Of a stretch of 64,000 bases of DNA, positions 13,650 through 26,744 are shown in pieces. Source of the DNA: Octopus vulgaris (Eukaryota); NCBI GenBank assembly GCA_951406725.2, contig OX597821.1, positions 107,384,001 through 107,448,000 on the forward strand. Direction: 5' to 3'. The notes beneath the pieces are model-generated. The model saw only the letters and a program-made list of their open reading frames with translations. It had not been told where the DNA came from and did not search any database. The position numbers and the translations under genes are program-made. Position 1 is the stretch's first letter, and every line of letters starts with the position of its first letter.

Positions 13650-13942
13650 AGAGTTGCTAATATTAAAAAGAGTTGCCAGATTTTTAAAATGAAAATATCT
13701 GAAATAAACTCGACTGCTCTCACAAACGAGAATACTAAAAATGAACCCACTGCTCACGAAAACTAAGTAAAAAGACAAAAAACAAAACAGGTAAAATAAC
13801 CCAGTATCCTTGTCTTGTACCGGATGATCCCAACACCTAATCAGTTCCTGATTGTCACGAGACCAAATATCCCTGAAATTTTCATTCGAATCTATCCAGC
13901 TGTTCTTGAGATATTTTATCCACGGACAAACAAGCAAACAGG
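13650..13942 (+). mobile_element. Partial copy of the 27557-28115 element
   Basis: Shares gaaataaactcgactgct, aatgaaccc and ttcttgagatat...ccacggac..acaaacaagcaaaca. Confidence 0.7.
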
Positions 13943-14307
13943 ACTGAAGGCAATTCGTTCAAACCAGGGCACGCCCAACAAATTAAACGGGTTGACTAGC
14001 AAATGGAATTAAATACGTATCAAAACCAATTGTTATTTCAAAATGCATTTGATAGCAAACTTTGCACTGCAGTAAACCGAAAGACAGAGAAAACCGTCCC
14101 CGGACAAAAAAAGGTTGATTTTTCTTGCGCAAAACGCATTTGAGTTGCAGTATGCACTGAATTTAATCAATATAATCTTGTTTCTTACGAAAATTTCTTT
14201 CTGTACCAGAGAATTTCAATAATATGTGATTTCTTTTTTCTGTTCAACTTTTGTGTTGTGTGCGTAAAATTCAACGTGTGAAAACATCGTGGCACTCCGT
14301 CGGTTAC

Positions 14308-14353
<46 letters not shown>

Positions 14354-14387
14354 GTTGTTGCTGTTGCTGTTGTTGATGATGATGATG

Positions 14388-14490
<103 letters not shown>

Positions 14491-14495
14491 TGATG

Positions 14496-14530
<35 letters not shown>

Positions 14531-14540
14531 TATAATAATA

Positions 14541-15403
14541 ACGAATGAAACTGAAAATAGGCGGGTTAAAAAATGCATGGACAATTTCATAGGGATGCTG
14601 AAGATAAGACAGACAGAGAAAAAAGATGGCTGTGGATGACTAAAACGGATTTAAAACCGGAAACGGAGGTTCTAATCTGTACTGCCCAAGAGCAAGCACT
14701 AAGAGCAAACTGCATAAAATACAGAATTGACAACACATCCAAAAGTTATAAGCGCAGAATCTGAGGAAAAAATGGTGATACCGTATGACATATTACCAGT
14801 CAATGTACGCCACTAGCCCAGGAGGAATATAAGAGACGCCATGTCAATATAGCAAAGCTTGTCCATTGGACAATTTGCAACAAGTATGGACTTTACGGAG
14901 CAAAAAATTGATACGGCCACAAACCCGAAGGCATCCTCGAAAATGGTAATGCAAAGATCCTGTGGGAATTTATGATTCAGTGCAGCCATGAGATAGAGAA
15001 TAGGAAGCCAGACATGGTCTTAATTGAGAAAGAAAACAAACTATGCTGGATCATAGATATAGCATGCCCAGCTGACAAAAAGGTATGCGATAAGGAAGAA
15101 AGAAAAGTCGATAGATACGACAGGCTAGCTTGGGAAGTTAAGCAGTTGCAGTCGAGGAAAAAGGTAGCAGTAGTACCAATAATTGTCGGAGCGCTGGGAA
15201 CAGTGAGTAAAAATTTTGAGAAGTACATGGAACAAATAGGGGCTGCAATAAGGCACGAGCATTTGCAGAAAACAGCACTGCTTGGAACCGCTCTAATGCT
15301 CCGAAAGGTGCTCTAAAAATAAGAGGTGTTACCTTAGTTCACTGGTAGTGAACAGCTGACACTGTCGTACATCTCCAGCGTTAAAAGCTGTGCAAAGGCT
15401 ATG
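14541..15403 (+). mobile_element. 5'-truncated R4/Dong-like non-LTR retrotransposon (degenerate CCHC + restriction-like endonuclease) in (TAA)n
   Basis: MHGQF..LKPETEVLICTAQEQAL, HITSQC, YKRRH, ILWEF..RKPDMV..IIDIACP, VPIIVGALG; in-frame stops; (TAA)n on both flanks. Confidence 0.88.
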
Positions 15404-15423
15404 ATAATAATAATAATCATTTC

Positions 15424-15491
<68 letters not shown>

Positions 15492-15571
15492 TCTGTGATT
15501 ACACGGAAGACTAACAACGTAAATGCCTCAATATCTGATGTGAAGAGAACAGGATCAGTAAATCTCTCTTA

Positions 15572-15820
15572 TTCTCTTACCTGTTATACTTGTTTCAGTC
15601 ATTTGACTGCGGCCATGCTTGAGCACCACTTTAAAGGGTTTTAGTCACACAAATTGACCCCAGGACTTATTCTTTGTAAGCATAGTACTTATTCTGTTGG
15701 TCTGTTTTGCCAAACTACTATGTTACGGGGACGCAAGAACACCAAAATCAATTGTCAAGTAATGATTGAAGGACAAACACAGACACAAAGATACTCACAC
15801 ACATACACATACACGCACAT

Positions 15821-15916
<96 letters not shown>

Positions 15917-16091
15917 CATATATAATATATATATAAGACGGGTTTCATTCAGTTTCTGTCTACCAAATCAACTCAGAAGACTTTGACCGACCAGAGGATG
16001 TAGTAGAAGGCACTTGCTGATGGTGCCACGAGGTGGGACTGAATCTGGATCCATGTGGTCGGGAAGCAAGCTTCTTACCACACAGCCACTT
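15572..16091 (-). mobile_element. SINE family A with internal (GATA)n
   Basis: Both halves match family A. Confidence 0.85.
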
Positions 16092-16904
16092 CATATACAT
16101 TAATGAAACTATAAGAAAGTACAGACGCCGTGGACAGTAAAGCACATCACAAATCAACATCTACTTTAATTAACATTTACAAATTTATCCTGGAGTTGGT
16201 ACGACGCTCAAGACGGAATCAACGCTGTCAATTTGAGTTAACTGCAGCACCAAATGATATCACACATAAAAAACAAAGGAAGAAAATCCCCTGAAGCAAG
16301 AGCAACCGAATATTTTCATCCCAAATTAGTGACCAACCACTAAGTCATCGAAGTTCTTTATTTACGCTTTGCATGAGCGCAACGTATTCAACGAACTCTG
16401 CGAACTTCCTGTGCAATCGCGCAAATATATTTTGTAATTACACTATGCTTTGTTGAACATTCTACAAGGTGTTTTCGTTAATTAAACGACAGTTAACGTG
16501 ATTTTATTTGCAAAATAACATGAATTTTAAGCAATTAGCGGTGTAGTATATATTTTATCAATTCAATAACAAAGAAAAAAGGAGCCTGTAAACTTCCATT
16601 AGTACATAATTATGTTCCGCATGGCTTCCGTTGTTTACAATAGGATTAATAATCCGTACAAAATGGTCCCCAAACGTTACGTTCGGATAATCAAAGTCTA
16701 TATTTATATAAGCCAACAAAAGTGATTTGTAAAGTCAATAGAAATAACAGACAAATTACCCTCAAATCGCATCCTACTGTTTTAAGTAGATAGCTAACTA
16801 TGAAACACATGACAGCTCCATGTTAGGTAAACCAGCTAAAAACAATACCTTAATCTCCCTTAAACATGCTAAACTATGTAAGCATTATGTATATCTATAC
16901 ATAC

Positions 16905-16965
<61 letters not shown>

Positions 16966-17157
16966 ATGATCAATTTTAAATACTTTTGGAATTTTACTCA
17001 TAAGGTATTGGAATCTTATATGTATAACATTCTGCCTAAAAAAATGGATCTACAAATACAATATCACTACATATCTCGCATTTATTTTCCTTCGTCCACC
17101 TCACTCTCTATTTTGTATCCTATCTAAATTAACTATTATTTAACCATCCTCTCACAC

Positions 17158-17207
17158 CGTCTCCGATGAAGGGATATATTAAATATCCTGGAAACAGCTG
17201 TAAGACG
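17158..17207 (+). ncRNA. Minimal type-I hammerhead ribozyme-like motif (U4C), in a microsatellite-flanked insert ~16962-17270
   Basis: cgtct-CCGAUGA-a-gggatat/atatcct-g-GAAA-cagctg-UA-agacg: stem I cgtct/agacg, palindromic ACAGCUGU, GUA site. Confidence 0.65.
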
Positions 17208-17283
17208 TTCTATCTATAAACGTTCTAATATCTACACAGCCTTGGTTTGTTTTATCTCATTACGAAAAAAAAAAGATATGCAT

Positions 17284-17325
<42 letters not shown>

Positions 17326-17482
17326 TTATATATATAACATGCAGCAGAAACGCGTGACGAACTGAAGTTTAGCGTGAATGCATTGCATATATCTGTAACT
17401 AAAGACGTTTTTGAGGATGTGTGAAGGCTCCATTTTTATTTATAATGTCGTGTGTGTGTATTTGCATACATACATACATACA

Positions 17483-17515
<33 letters not shown>

Positions 17516-17713
17516 GTGTGTATGTATATATATATATAATATATACACATTCACACACCTACACACACACTCACTCACACACACACTCACTCACACACAC
17601 ACACTTAATGTTAATCTAGCGAATGATAATGAAGAGACAATTTTGCACTGCATTGAAACAAACTGAATTATGGCTAATATGTTTGGTCCATGTGTATTGT
17701 GTATATATATATG

Positions 17714-17761
<48 letters not shown>

Positions 17762-17802
17762 ATAAGTCAAAATAGAAAATGCTAAAATAATTTTATAAAG
17801 AA

Positions 17803-17850
17803 CATTTCAGTACCGGTTTCAGTCATTTTGAGTCCTTTTCAACTGTAACG
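17803..17850 (-). ncRNA. Hammerhead-like motif, U3-A8 variant (stem II mismatch)
   Basis: Revcomp cgttacag-UUGAAAA-ggac..gact-GAAA-ccgg-UA-ctgaaatg. Confidence 0.6.
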
Positions 17851-18065
17851 ATTAAATAATTAAATTTAGAAAAATCAAAAGAAATGTTTTTTTAAAGGAA
17901 TATTTGTATAGTGTTCAAATATAAGTGGCATTTTCCTTGTTTCTGTGTGAACAAGAGACACAGAGCAAGGCAGAAACAAGGAAAATGCCACTTATATTTG
18001 AACACTATACAAATATTCCTTTAAAAAAACATTTCTTTTAATTTTTCTAAATTTAATTATTTAAT

Positions 18066-18113
18066 CGTTACAGTTGAAAAGGTCTCAAAATGACTGAAAC
18101 CGGTACTGAAATG
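18066..18113 (+). ncRNA. Hammerhead-like motif, U3-A8 variant
   Basis: cgttacag-UUGAAAA-ggtc-tcaaaat-gact-GAAA-ccgg-UA-ctgaaatg. Confidence 0.7.
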
Positions 18114-18203
18114 TTCTTTACAAAATTATTTTAGCATTTTCTATTTTTGACTTATTTTTTCATATATATCAACTCGTGTGTTCCCTTTTCATCCTTATAC
18201 ATA

Positions 18204-18381
<178 letters not shown>

Positions 18382-18565
18382 GCATATATATATATATGTA
18401 TATAAATATTTATATAATATAATATAATACATCTGCTATATCGGGAATCTGCAATGGCTCCATAACTACCGTCTCGACTACAACCTTGGAGCCCTAGTAA
18501 TCCGTAACAGCACTTACCTAGCGAACCCAATCGTTTAGATCACCTATGAACAACTCCCATACTTT

Positions 18566-18602
<37 letters not shown>

Positions 18603-18603
18603 C

Positions 18604-18648
<45 letters not shown>

Positions 18649-19170
18649 CACACACACATATATGTATGTATATGTACATATACATTTATATATATACACG
18701 CGCGCGCACGCACAACGCTTGCACTGCACCGTGGAAGAGTTATAGCTGCCGTTTTTGTGTAATACAAACCTCACACTTTGCACTTTATTGTTCCTTCTGT
18801 TTAACCAAATTCAACTTCAATATAGTTTCACTTTATGCCACTTGCCGAGCAAATACAATCCTGAAATACAATTATCCACATAAAATAATTCAGTGAATGG
18901 AATTAGATATTTGAAGAAATGCAACTCTCTGCATTATATCGAAACATGATTTCACGTAGATACTTTTCAAGCGCGTATATTTCTTGGCTGAAAGCTGATG
19001 CTGAATCACCCATAAGGACTTAGCATGAAAGCTATTGTATACACTATGTAAATGTTAATAGTTCTTTTCACTTCATTTGTGACTGTTCAATTGTTTTTTT
19101 ATATGACCAAGGTATTTCGATAAAATCTAATGGTTTTGACTAAATACATATATCTCCTGTTACTTATACG

Positions 19171-19360
19171 CATTGTGGCTGAGTGGTAAGTAGCTTGCTT
19201 ACCAACTACAAAGTTCCGAGTTCGGTGCCACTACGTGGCACCTTGGGTAGCTGTCTTTTACTACAGCCCCGGGCCGACCAAAGACTTGAGATTGGATTTG
19301 GTAGACGGAAACTGAAAGAAACTCGTCGTATATATATATATATATATGCGTGTGTGTTGT
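19171..19360 (+). mobile_element. SINE family A, 5' half
   Basis: gtggctgagtggtaagtagcttgcttacc...ggatttggtagacggaaactgaaagaa. Confidence 0.85.
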
Positions 19361-19365
19361 GTGTA

Positions 19366-21030
19366 GATAGAAAAGTTCTTTTATTAGCCACACAGGGCCG
19401 AACACAGAGGGAACAAAATACAATGCAGAGCTGTTTTTTTCGAAAGAAAAAGAAGAGAATAGGAAATAGGGAGGAGAAAATAAATTTCCGATCAAAAGGG
19501 ATCGTGTATCACAGAAAAGATCAAAAATGTAAAAACAGATTATGTTTATCCATGGAAAGAAAAGCCTACTAAATAGACCGCGGTAACCTCGGGAGGGGAG
19601 GGGCAAAACACATGAGAGTAATGTGCTCTCTGTCTCTGTCTCTCTGTCTCTCTCTCTTCGATTTACAGAATCATGCTCAAAGTGGTTTCGTCATTCACCC
19701 ACCTTTTATCGAATCGTTCATGAGACAAAATTTGCCTCTCGATTCTCATCTTCCTTTTCAAGTGGTACTTTAAAAAGTTGATGGGCCACTGGCCAGACAG
19801 GAATGTGTTTGTCTTTAAACCTTTCGCTCGAGTCCACCACACACATTCTTTCACCATGGCCACCAGTAACGTGAAAACTAACTTGCCTTCCCGGTTGAGG
19901 AAAGGTGGTGGAGCAATTTTCACGATAGACTGGGCCGACAATCGAATTCGTCTCACACGCGATAACAGCTGTTCAGCATAAGCCCACAGGTCCAAAATCA
20001 TTGGACACTGCACGAGTGCGTGAAGAACGGTTTCGTCGCTCTTACAGCATCTCGGGTAGGTCGATCCGGTGTGTCTCGAACCGTGCCTGTAGAGATTATC
20101 CCAAACGGGCAGTGCTTCTCGATAGCACTGCCAGACCAGAGATCTATGGTGATTGTCCATAGGTCCCGGCCCGAACAGGTATTTTCCGTCGACGCCGCCC
20201 ATATTCTGCCCGAGAATGTCGTCGCACCTCCCCTCCACTAATCCTTTATAGAACGCCTTCGTGGAATTGAAGTCGCACAAGTTTGGTCCCTTGAGAGCAA
20301 GGCGGCACTCGCGGTGCCATTCGCTTAGCCTCGGTCTCTGTTTGAACCACTACTGGAGCCAAGGATTCGACCTGCAGGAAAGCGCGCCTCACAAACGGCA
20401 ACCATACCTGTTCACCGTCGTCTATGAAGCGCCGGAGATGTCGCAGTCTCAGCGCATGTCTGCGCATCATCAACCACGGCATGTCCAGCTCTCCATTTAG
20501 CGGATGTTGGCAGCAGATGGATCAACTAAGCATCGGAACGCTTCTCTTTCACAAAAAGCAGAAGTGCATGCGTTCCAGTTTGATGATGGTAGGGTCGGGA
20601 CAAGACACGATGGTCAGACGGTAATCGATGACGGATGCGATGTACGCGTTCGCCACCTCCGCCGACCGTTTAAGGATAGCTTTCTCTCGGTCCATTGCTG
20701 GGTGAGAGTGGACACTCTACTCGTTATCTCGTCCCAGTTCTCCATTTGGAGATCCGGACTGAACCAGACTCCGAGCAATTTAACCGGTCCATCAGTCCAG
20801 TGTCCCACGATGGAGACGCTGTTGAACGGCATAGGCTTACTTCTCTAGGTGCCGAACCACAAGCCCACTGACTTTTCCCAGTTAAATTTCGCTCCCGTTA
20901 CTGCTTCGCATTCTTTTAGTGTCTCGCCGACCAGGTCGATATGCCTGTAGCTTGACACTATCACAGTGGTGTATGCAGACACGCTCCTCCCGCATTCTAG
21001 TTCTCGCAGGATGCCCCTCAGTGTCTCCAG
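19366..21030 (-). mobile_element. 5'-truncated Tx1/L1-clade LINE (end of RT, zinc-binding C-terminus, 3' UTR)
   Basis: TGAKFNWEKS, VKLLGVWF, WTERKLSLNGR, YPRC..DETVLHALVQCP, KECVWWTR; frameshifts and stops; 3' end ccctgtgtggctaataaaag. Confidence 0.85.
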
Positions 21031-21474
21031 AACATAAAAAGAAAGAAACGAATCAGAAGCAAAAGCAAATTAAACAGCACGAATTCCACTAAACGTAATA
21101 TAGAAGTAATATCTTTATTTGCCTATCACAAATTCATTTAATCTTGTAATTTGAAACGGATTTATGGCTCAAATTAAAATGGAAATTTTGCAAAATATAC
21201 ATCATGGCAATTATTTAGCAGTGCGGTAAATATGCCGTGAACTATGCACCGTACGCGCATCGTTCAAGGTAGTGAATGGCTAGTGGGTGAAGGGCCGATC
21301 CTTTCTCCATCGAGTGAACGAGGTAACCAGGGAAGTGACAAGCGACCATTTACCGTAGCAAATGTATAGGGTGCACTGCAAGATGACTTCATCCTACCGG
21401 GGTCGATAAATTAAGTACCAATGAAATACTGGGTTCGATGTAAATTTCAGTTCTTGTGCCTATTGTAGAAAAGA

Positions 21475-21546
21475 TTATTATCATTATTATTATTACTATT
21501 ACTATTATTATTATTATTATTATTAGTATTAGTATTATTATTATTA

Positions 21547-21614
<68 letters not shown>

Positions 21615-21649
21615 GTTATTATTATTATTATTATTATTGTTATTATTAT

Positions 21650-21681
<32 letters not shown>

Positions 21682-21688
21682 TTATTAT
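21475..21688. repeat. (ATT)n/(ACT)n microsatellite
   Basis: Direct observation. Confidence 0.95.
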
Positions 21689-21689
21689 C

Positions 21690-21903
21690 AGGCGGCGAGC
21701 TGGCAGAATCCTTGACACGCCGGACGAAATACGTAGCGGTATTTCGTCTGTCCTCACGTTCTGGGTTCAAATGCCGCCGGGTTCAGCCTTGCCATTCATC
21801 ATTTCGGGGTCGGTAAAATAAATACCAGTTGAACACTGGGGCTGATGTAATCAACTTGTCCCCTTCTCCAGTATTTCGAGGCCTTGTGCCTATACTAGAA
21901 AGG
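21690..21903 (+). mobile_element. SINE family B
   Basis: ggcggcgagctggcagaatc...ttctgggttcaaatgccgcc...taccagttgaacactgggg. Confidence 0.85.
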
Positions 21904-21925
21904 ATTATTATTATTATTATTATTA

Positions 21926-22010
<85 letters not shown>

Positions 22011-22035
22011 CATTATTATTACTATTATTATTATA

Positions 22036-22340
22036 TGTTTGACTTTTGCTTTGTATTTGCACAAGATAGTTCCAAGTTTCATCTAGAGACCTCAAGACAA
22101 AATAAGTTAGAAGTTCAAGTTAGACTTATGCCTAGGGGAGTCATATATTTGGTTTTACACTTAGTTTTGTTCTAGACAAAGTTTAAGAAAGAAAAAATTA
22201 TGAGTTTATTTTAAAATTTGAGATTACATAGACAGTATTTTACGTAGGATATGGGCAGTTCCCATGAGCACTATCTTTTGGTATTTCTGCCGTTTTTGAA
22301 TTTCCTGGTATCTGAGCTAGGTAGCGATCAGCAAAATCAA
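22036..22340 (-). mobile_element. R4/Dong-like extreme 3' end with (TAA)n tail
   Basis: Minus translation YLAQIPGN / QKIVLMGTAHILRKILSM*, like the C-terminus of ORF 62800..63309; followed by a TAA array. Confidence 0.75.
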
Positions 22341-22578
22341 AAGAACTTCTCAACAAAAAAAAAAAAAATACCAAAAATAGGAAAGAATGCAAATTCCAAT
22401 AAATTTGAAATGTAAATATTGTGGGATAATGTTTGTTCAACACTTTCAACACGGATTTCTACATTTTTCGTCGCTCACATGGAAATGGTAGCTAAATAAC
22501 CTCCTTTTGACCGGGTCCTACTGACTGATGTACATATGTACATGCACGAACACAAATGCACACACAATATATATACAT

Positions 22579-22653
<75 letters not shown>

Positions 22654-22701
22654 GAAAAAACAAGTCAAAAATAGAAAATGCTAAAATAATTTTATAGTGA
22701 A

Positions 22702-22749
22702 CATTTCAGTACCGGTTTCGGTCATTTTGAGACCTTTTCAACTGTAACG
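22702..22749 (-). ncRNA. Hammerhead-like motif, U3-A8 variant (best copy)
   Basis: Revcomp cgttacag-UUGAAAA-ggtc-tcaaaat-gacc-GAAA-ccgg-UA-ctgaaatg; perfect 4-bp stem II. Confidence 0.75.
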
Positions 22750-23474
22750 ATTAAATAATTAAATTTAGAAAAATTAGAAGAAAAGTTTTTTTAAAGGAAT
22801 ATTTCTATAGTAGTGTTCAGATATAAGTGGCATTCTGCCTTTCTCTGACTCCCTTGTTTGCACTTGTGTGTTGGAGGTCGTTGTGAGTTCTTGGTAGGGT
22901 AGTAGAAGAAGAAGGCTGATGAGGAAAGGGGGTGGGAAAATCTGGGAGTGCCCTGATGGTCGTATTTTGAATGGTCAGTGGCGGCTAGCAGTCGCAGTTC
23001 AATTCAGGAGAATATTTCTATTGAAAGGCTTGTTTATAGAATTTGCGTAGGTGTTATACTAAAAAACATTAGTGACAAAGTTAAGGGGTAGAAGGTGGAG
23101 AAGTAGAAGAAGAAGAAGAAGAAGAAGAAGAAGAAGAAGAAGAAGAAGAAGAAGAAGAAGAAGATGACGATGTTGATGATGATGATGATGAAGAAGAAGA
23201 AGAAGAAGAAGAAGGAGAAGATGACGATGATGATGATGGTGGTGATGATTATGACGACGATGATGATGATGATGATGATGATGAAGAAGAAGAGGAAGAA
23301 GAAGAAAAAAACAGAGAAGGGAGAATATGAATGGGTGAAAGTAGTGAGGTGTTGTATGACTTGAAGTTGGCATGTTGTGGATTATAGCTGTGATTTTAGC
23401 TGTGATTAGTAATGGATTCTTTGGAATGTAATATTTGTGTGTGTATATTTCTTTTATTCTAAAGTTGAGGTATA

Positions 23475-23801
23475 TTAATTGTTTGTCGTAGACCCGTTAA
23501 GAAGTGGCCTGTATTTTGTAATAAAGAGAGTTTCTTTACTTATTCGTTGTCTCGAGGTTGTATCGTCCCTAAATTGGTAGAGGGGGAAAATCCTGAAGCT
23601 TGGTGTTTTTTTGTTGGCGCAAGTATCTATGTGTTGGCTAAAAGCTATTTTTCTGTTTTGGGGAATTTTTATCTGGGATCTTTGCAGGGCCATTCGTTTA
23701 CGCAAACTATTTTTTGTTTGGCCTATGTACTGCTCTTGACACCCGGAGCAGGTTAGTGAGTATATTAGGTTCTCCGAAGCACATGTGAAGTTGCTTTTCA
23801 C
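23475..23801 (-). pseudogene. PLE GIY-YIG endonuclease domain (truncated ORF end)
   Basis: FTCASENLIYSLTCSGCQEQYIGQTKNSLRKRM...SQH...KETLFITKYRPLLN: LIY..CxxC..YIG, R, H, E, LN motifs. Confidence 0.9.
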
Positions 23802-23821
23802 TGTAAACCGTTGTTTACATA

Positions 23822-24031
23822 CTCTCTTCTACTCATTTACTTGTTTTAATCATTTGACTGTGGCCATGCAAGTCGACCCCAGTAGTTATTCTTTTGTAAG
23901 CCTAGTACTTATTCTATCGGCCTCGTTTGCCGAATCGTTAAATTACGGAGACTTATATACACCAGCATCGGTTGTCAAAAGATGATGGGGGTACAAACAC
24001 AGATACACAAACATATACACACACACACACA

Positions 24032-24114
<83 letters not shown>

Positions 24115-24477
24115 CCTCGTGTGTACCGTTGGTGATTTTTTTCCTCTGTCTTCCCTTCTCGGGATCTTTCCTTCTCCTATGTTTCCGACGAAGAACTCCG
24201 CTCGAAACGTTAAACCCTCCTTCTTCCCTTCTTTCCTGAGCGTCCAATAATACTATATTTGTTCCACGTCCTTGCGTTGTTGTGTTTTTTTTTGTATTTT
24301 CTTGTTTGGATTAACTTTATATACATATGTACGACGGACTTCAAATCTATTCACAAGGTTTTGGTCGGCCCGAGGCTATAGTAGAAGAGACTTGCCCAAG
24401 GTTCCACGCAGTGGGACTGAACCCGGAAGCATGTGGTTGGTAACCAAGCTACTTACCACACAGCCACTCCAACGCCT
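23822..24477 (-). mobile_element. SINE family A, split by an insert in its internal TA tract
   Basis: 3' half at 23822-24015, 5' half at 24330-24477. Confidence 0.85.
24181..24215 (+). ncRNA. Minimal hammerhead-like motif (U4C) in a ~210-bp TA-flanked insert (24112-24320)
   Basis: gttt-CCGACGA-agaactccgctc-GAAA-cg-UU-aaac: stem I gttt/aaac, loopless ACGU stem III, GUU site; stem II weak. Confidence 0.55.
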
Positions 24478-24997
24478 ACATATATATATATTGTTTTTAT
24501 GTTTTTCCCTTTTTTGTGTATATATTTGTTTTAATGTATACTTTTTAGAAAAAGTTTCTTTCTATCCAAGCGACCAGTAAAACATATTTTTCCATTTCAG
24601 AAACATCTACATTATCCCACCACCCCAACCAAAAATGATCTCTACTCATTATTGCAAATATATCTACACTCACACACACACACACACACAGACACACACA
24701 CACAGACACACACACACACACACACACACATACACACACATATATATATATATATATGCATACATATATACATATATATATATATATGTGTGTGTGTGTG
24801 TTTATGTGCGTGTGTGTGAGTATATACATGTATGTGTATATATATATATATATATTATCTATAAATGTATGTATATGTATATATTAACGTGTATTTATGT
24901 ATGAATATATATATGCATGTATATCTGTCTGTATGTATCTATATGTGCTTGTAATTATGTATGTACCAATACACACATGCACCACCACCCCCATATA

Positions 24998-25041
<44 letters not shown>

Positions 25042-25168
25042 TATATATATATACGGAGAGAGAGTATGATGAATACATGCATACATACATACATACATAC
25101 ATACATAATTATATGTGTATGTGTTTGTGTGTGTGTGTGTGTGTGCGTGTGTGTGTGTGTGTGTACGT

Positions 25169-25201
<33 letters not shown>

Positions 25202-26469
25202 CGTATATACATCGTTTTTATATTTGGATTATAAAATTCTAGATGTGCCTTCGTGTCTTGGATCAAGTTTTGTTGTGTCTTGGAAGAGTCGTTAGGCCAA
25301 AATAATTCCAGTAGACATCGATTCACTTCCAGGCACGCTCACGTATGTGCAATCATTTAGGCATAGACAGGTACAGATAATGTAGGAAAAAATGACAAAA
25401 TTACACAAGAAAATTCTTAGAAATAAATACGTATCGCCAAGAAGTGTTCCTATACAGAGTCACACACATCCATGCACACGCAAAGACGGGCACACACACA
25501 CACACACATACACACACACACACATACGTATGCACACCTACACACACACACACACATACACACACACGCGCGTACGTATGCACACCTACACACACACAGA
25601 CATGTGCAGACATACACAAACGTACACATACACACACACGCATACATGCAAGCGTAAATACACTCATATACACGCGCAGGATCACATGAACACACAAGTA
25701 CACACGCATCCGCATCCGCATACACACAGGCACAAAGACACACACATATACACACACGCATACCTGCACAGGCATACGTGCGTATAAAAGTGCGCACACA
25801 AATATGCACATATACATACACACACGCGCGCACAAGCGCTCACACACACACATACAGACACACGAACGCGTAAGTGCAAGCGTACTGGCAGTAGATTATC
25901 AATTTTGAAAGATGTCACGTAACACGCACGAGCAGATACGCACACACACACACATGCTTGAATGCACTGAATAAGGAAACAGTCACACATTCACAGGCAC
26001 ACACACACACATATGCACACATACACGCACATTCGAACATACCATTCACATAATCGACTCAACCCCCACCAATACACACACACTAGACCACACAGTCACA
26101 CACGCATACAAACACAAACACATGCGCATACCCAAACTCTGCGTTTAATTTCACACTTACCTTCTCATCTAAGCAAACACACGTCTACATACACACATGC
26201 AAGCATGCATACACACAGACAGAAAACCAATTTTCAGACGGGCCCAGAGCAGACCTTGGAGCGATAGAGAAAGTCACTAAGTCACTGAAAAGGTCGCAAA
26301 CGGTGATGAGAGAACTTCAACTAACAAGCAATCGCTTGATTGCTTAACTAGCACACAAAACAAACAAAAAACATTGATTTATTAATTGGTTAGATATTTA
26401 AACAACTAGCAAACAATTAACAAGCGGTATTGGACGACTGCGTTTGTTATTATTATTGGCGTTTGGTTG

Positions 26470-26640
26470 ATCCTATGTATATGGCTGTAGAGTTGGGTAA
26501 TAGATATATCTTATGCAATGGATTTGTAACGGGCAAATGGTTCCAGGACGGCAATTACAATTAGGTGAATTTTGGAGATTGTGTTCAGGGATGGAGGAGG
26601 TAATATTGTCAAAGGAGAGGTTAGAGAGGTGGGGTAGAAA
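26470..26640 (-). pseudogene. Small PLE linker fragment (CxC-x5-C motif)
   Basis: HNLQNSPNCNCRPGTICPLQIHC resembles HNIQKTQEENSCSCRNKELCPLNGAC of the 45975 ORF. Confidence 0.55.
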
Positions 26641-26744
26641 AGTCCAGATTATTAGTATTATTAACGTTATCATTACCATCATTGTTATTATTACTATTGT
26701 TGTTATTAATTGTACTATTTGTAAGAGTGGTAGAGATTGTAGTT

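Larger units (their letters stand above)
17756..18163. mobile_element. Inverted pair of PLE 3' ends (~190-bp arms, 25-nt spacer) inserted in (TA)n
   Basis: 17756-17945 is the near-perfect reverse complement of 17971-18163; the same sequence forms the 3' end of the GIY-YIG element at 22652-23815. Confidence 0.9.
22652..23815 (-). mobile_element. 5'-truncated Penelope-like element (GIY-YIG endonuclease + 3' UTR/pLTR) ending in (TA)n
   Basis: GIY-YIG ORF followed by a long UTR containing a hammerhead-like motif; ends at a TA array. Confidence 0.85.
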
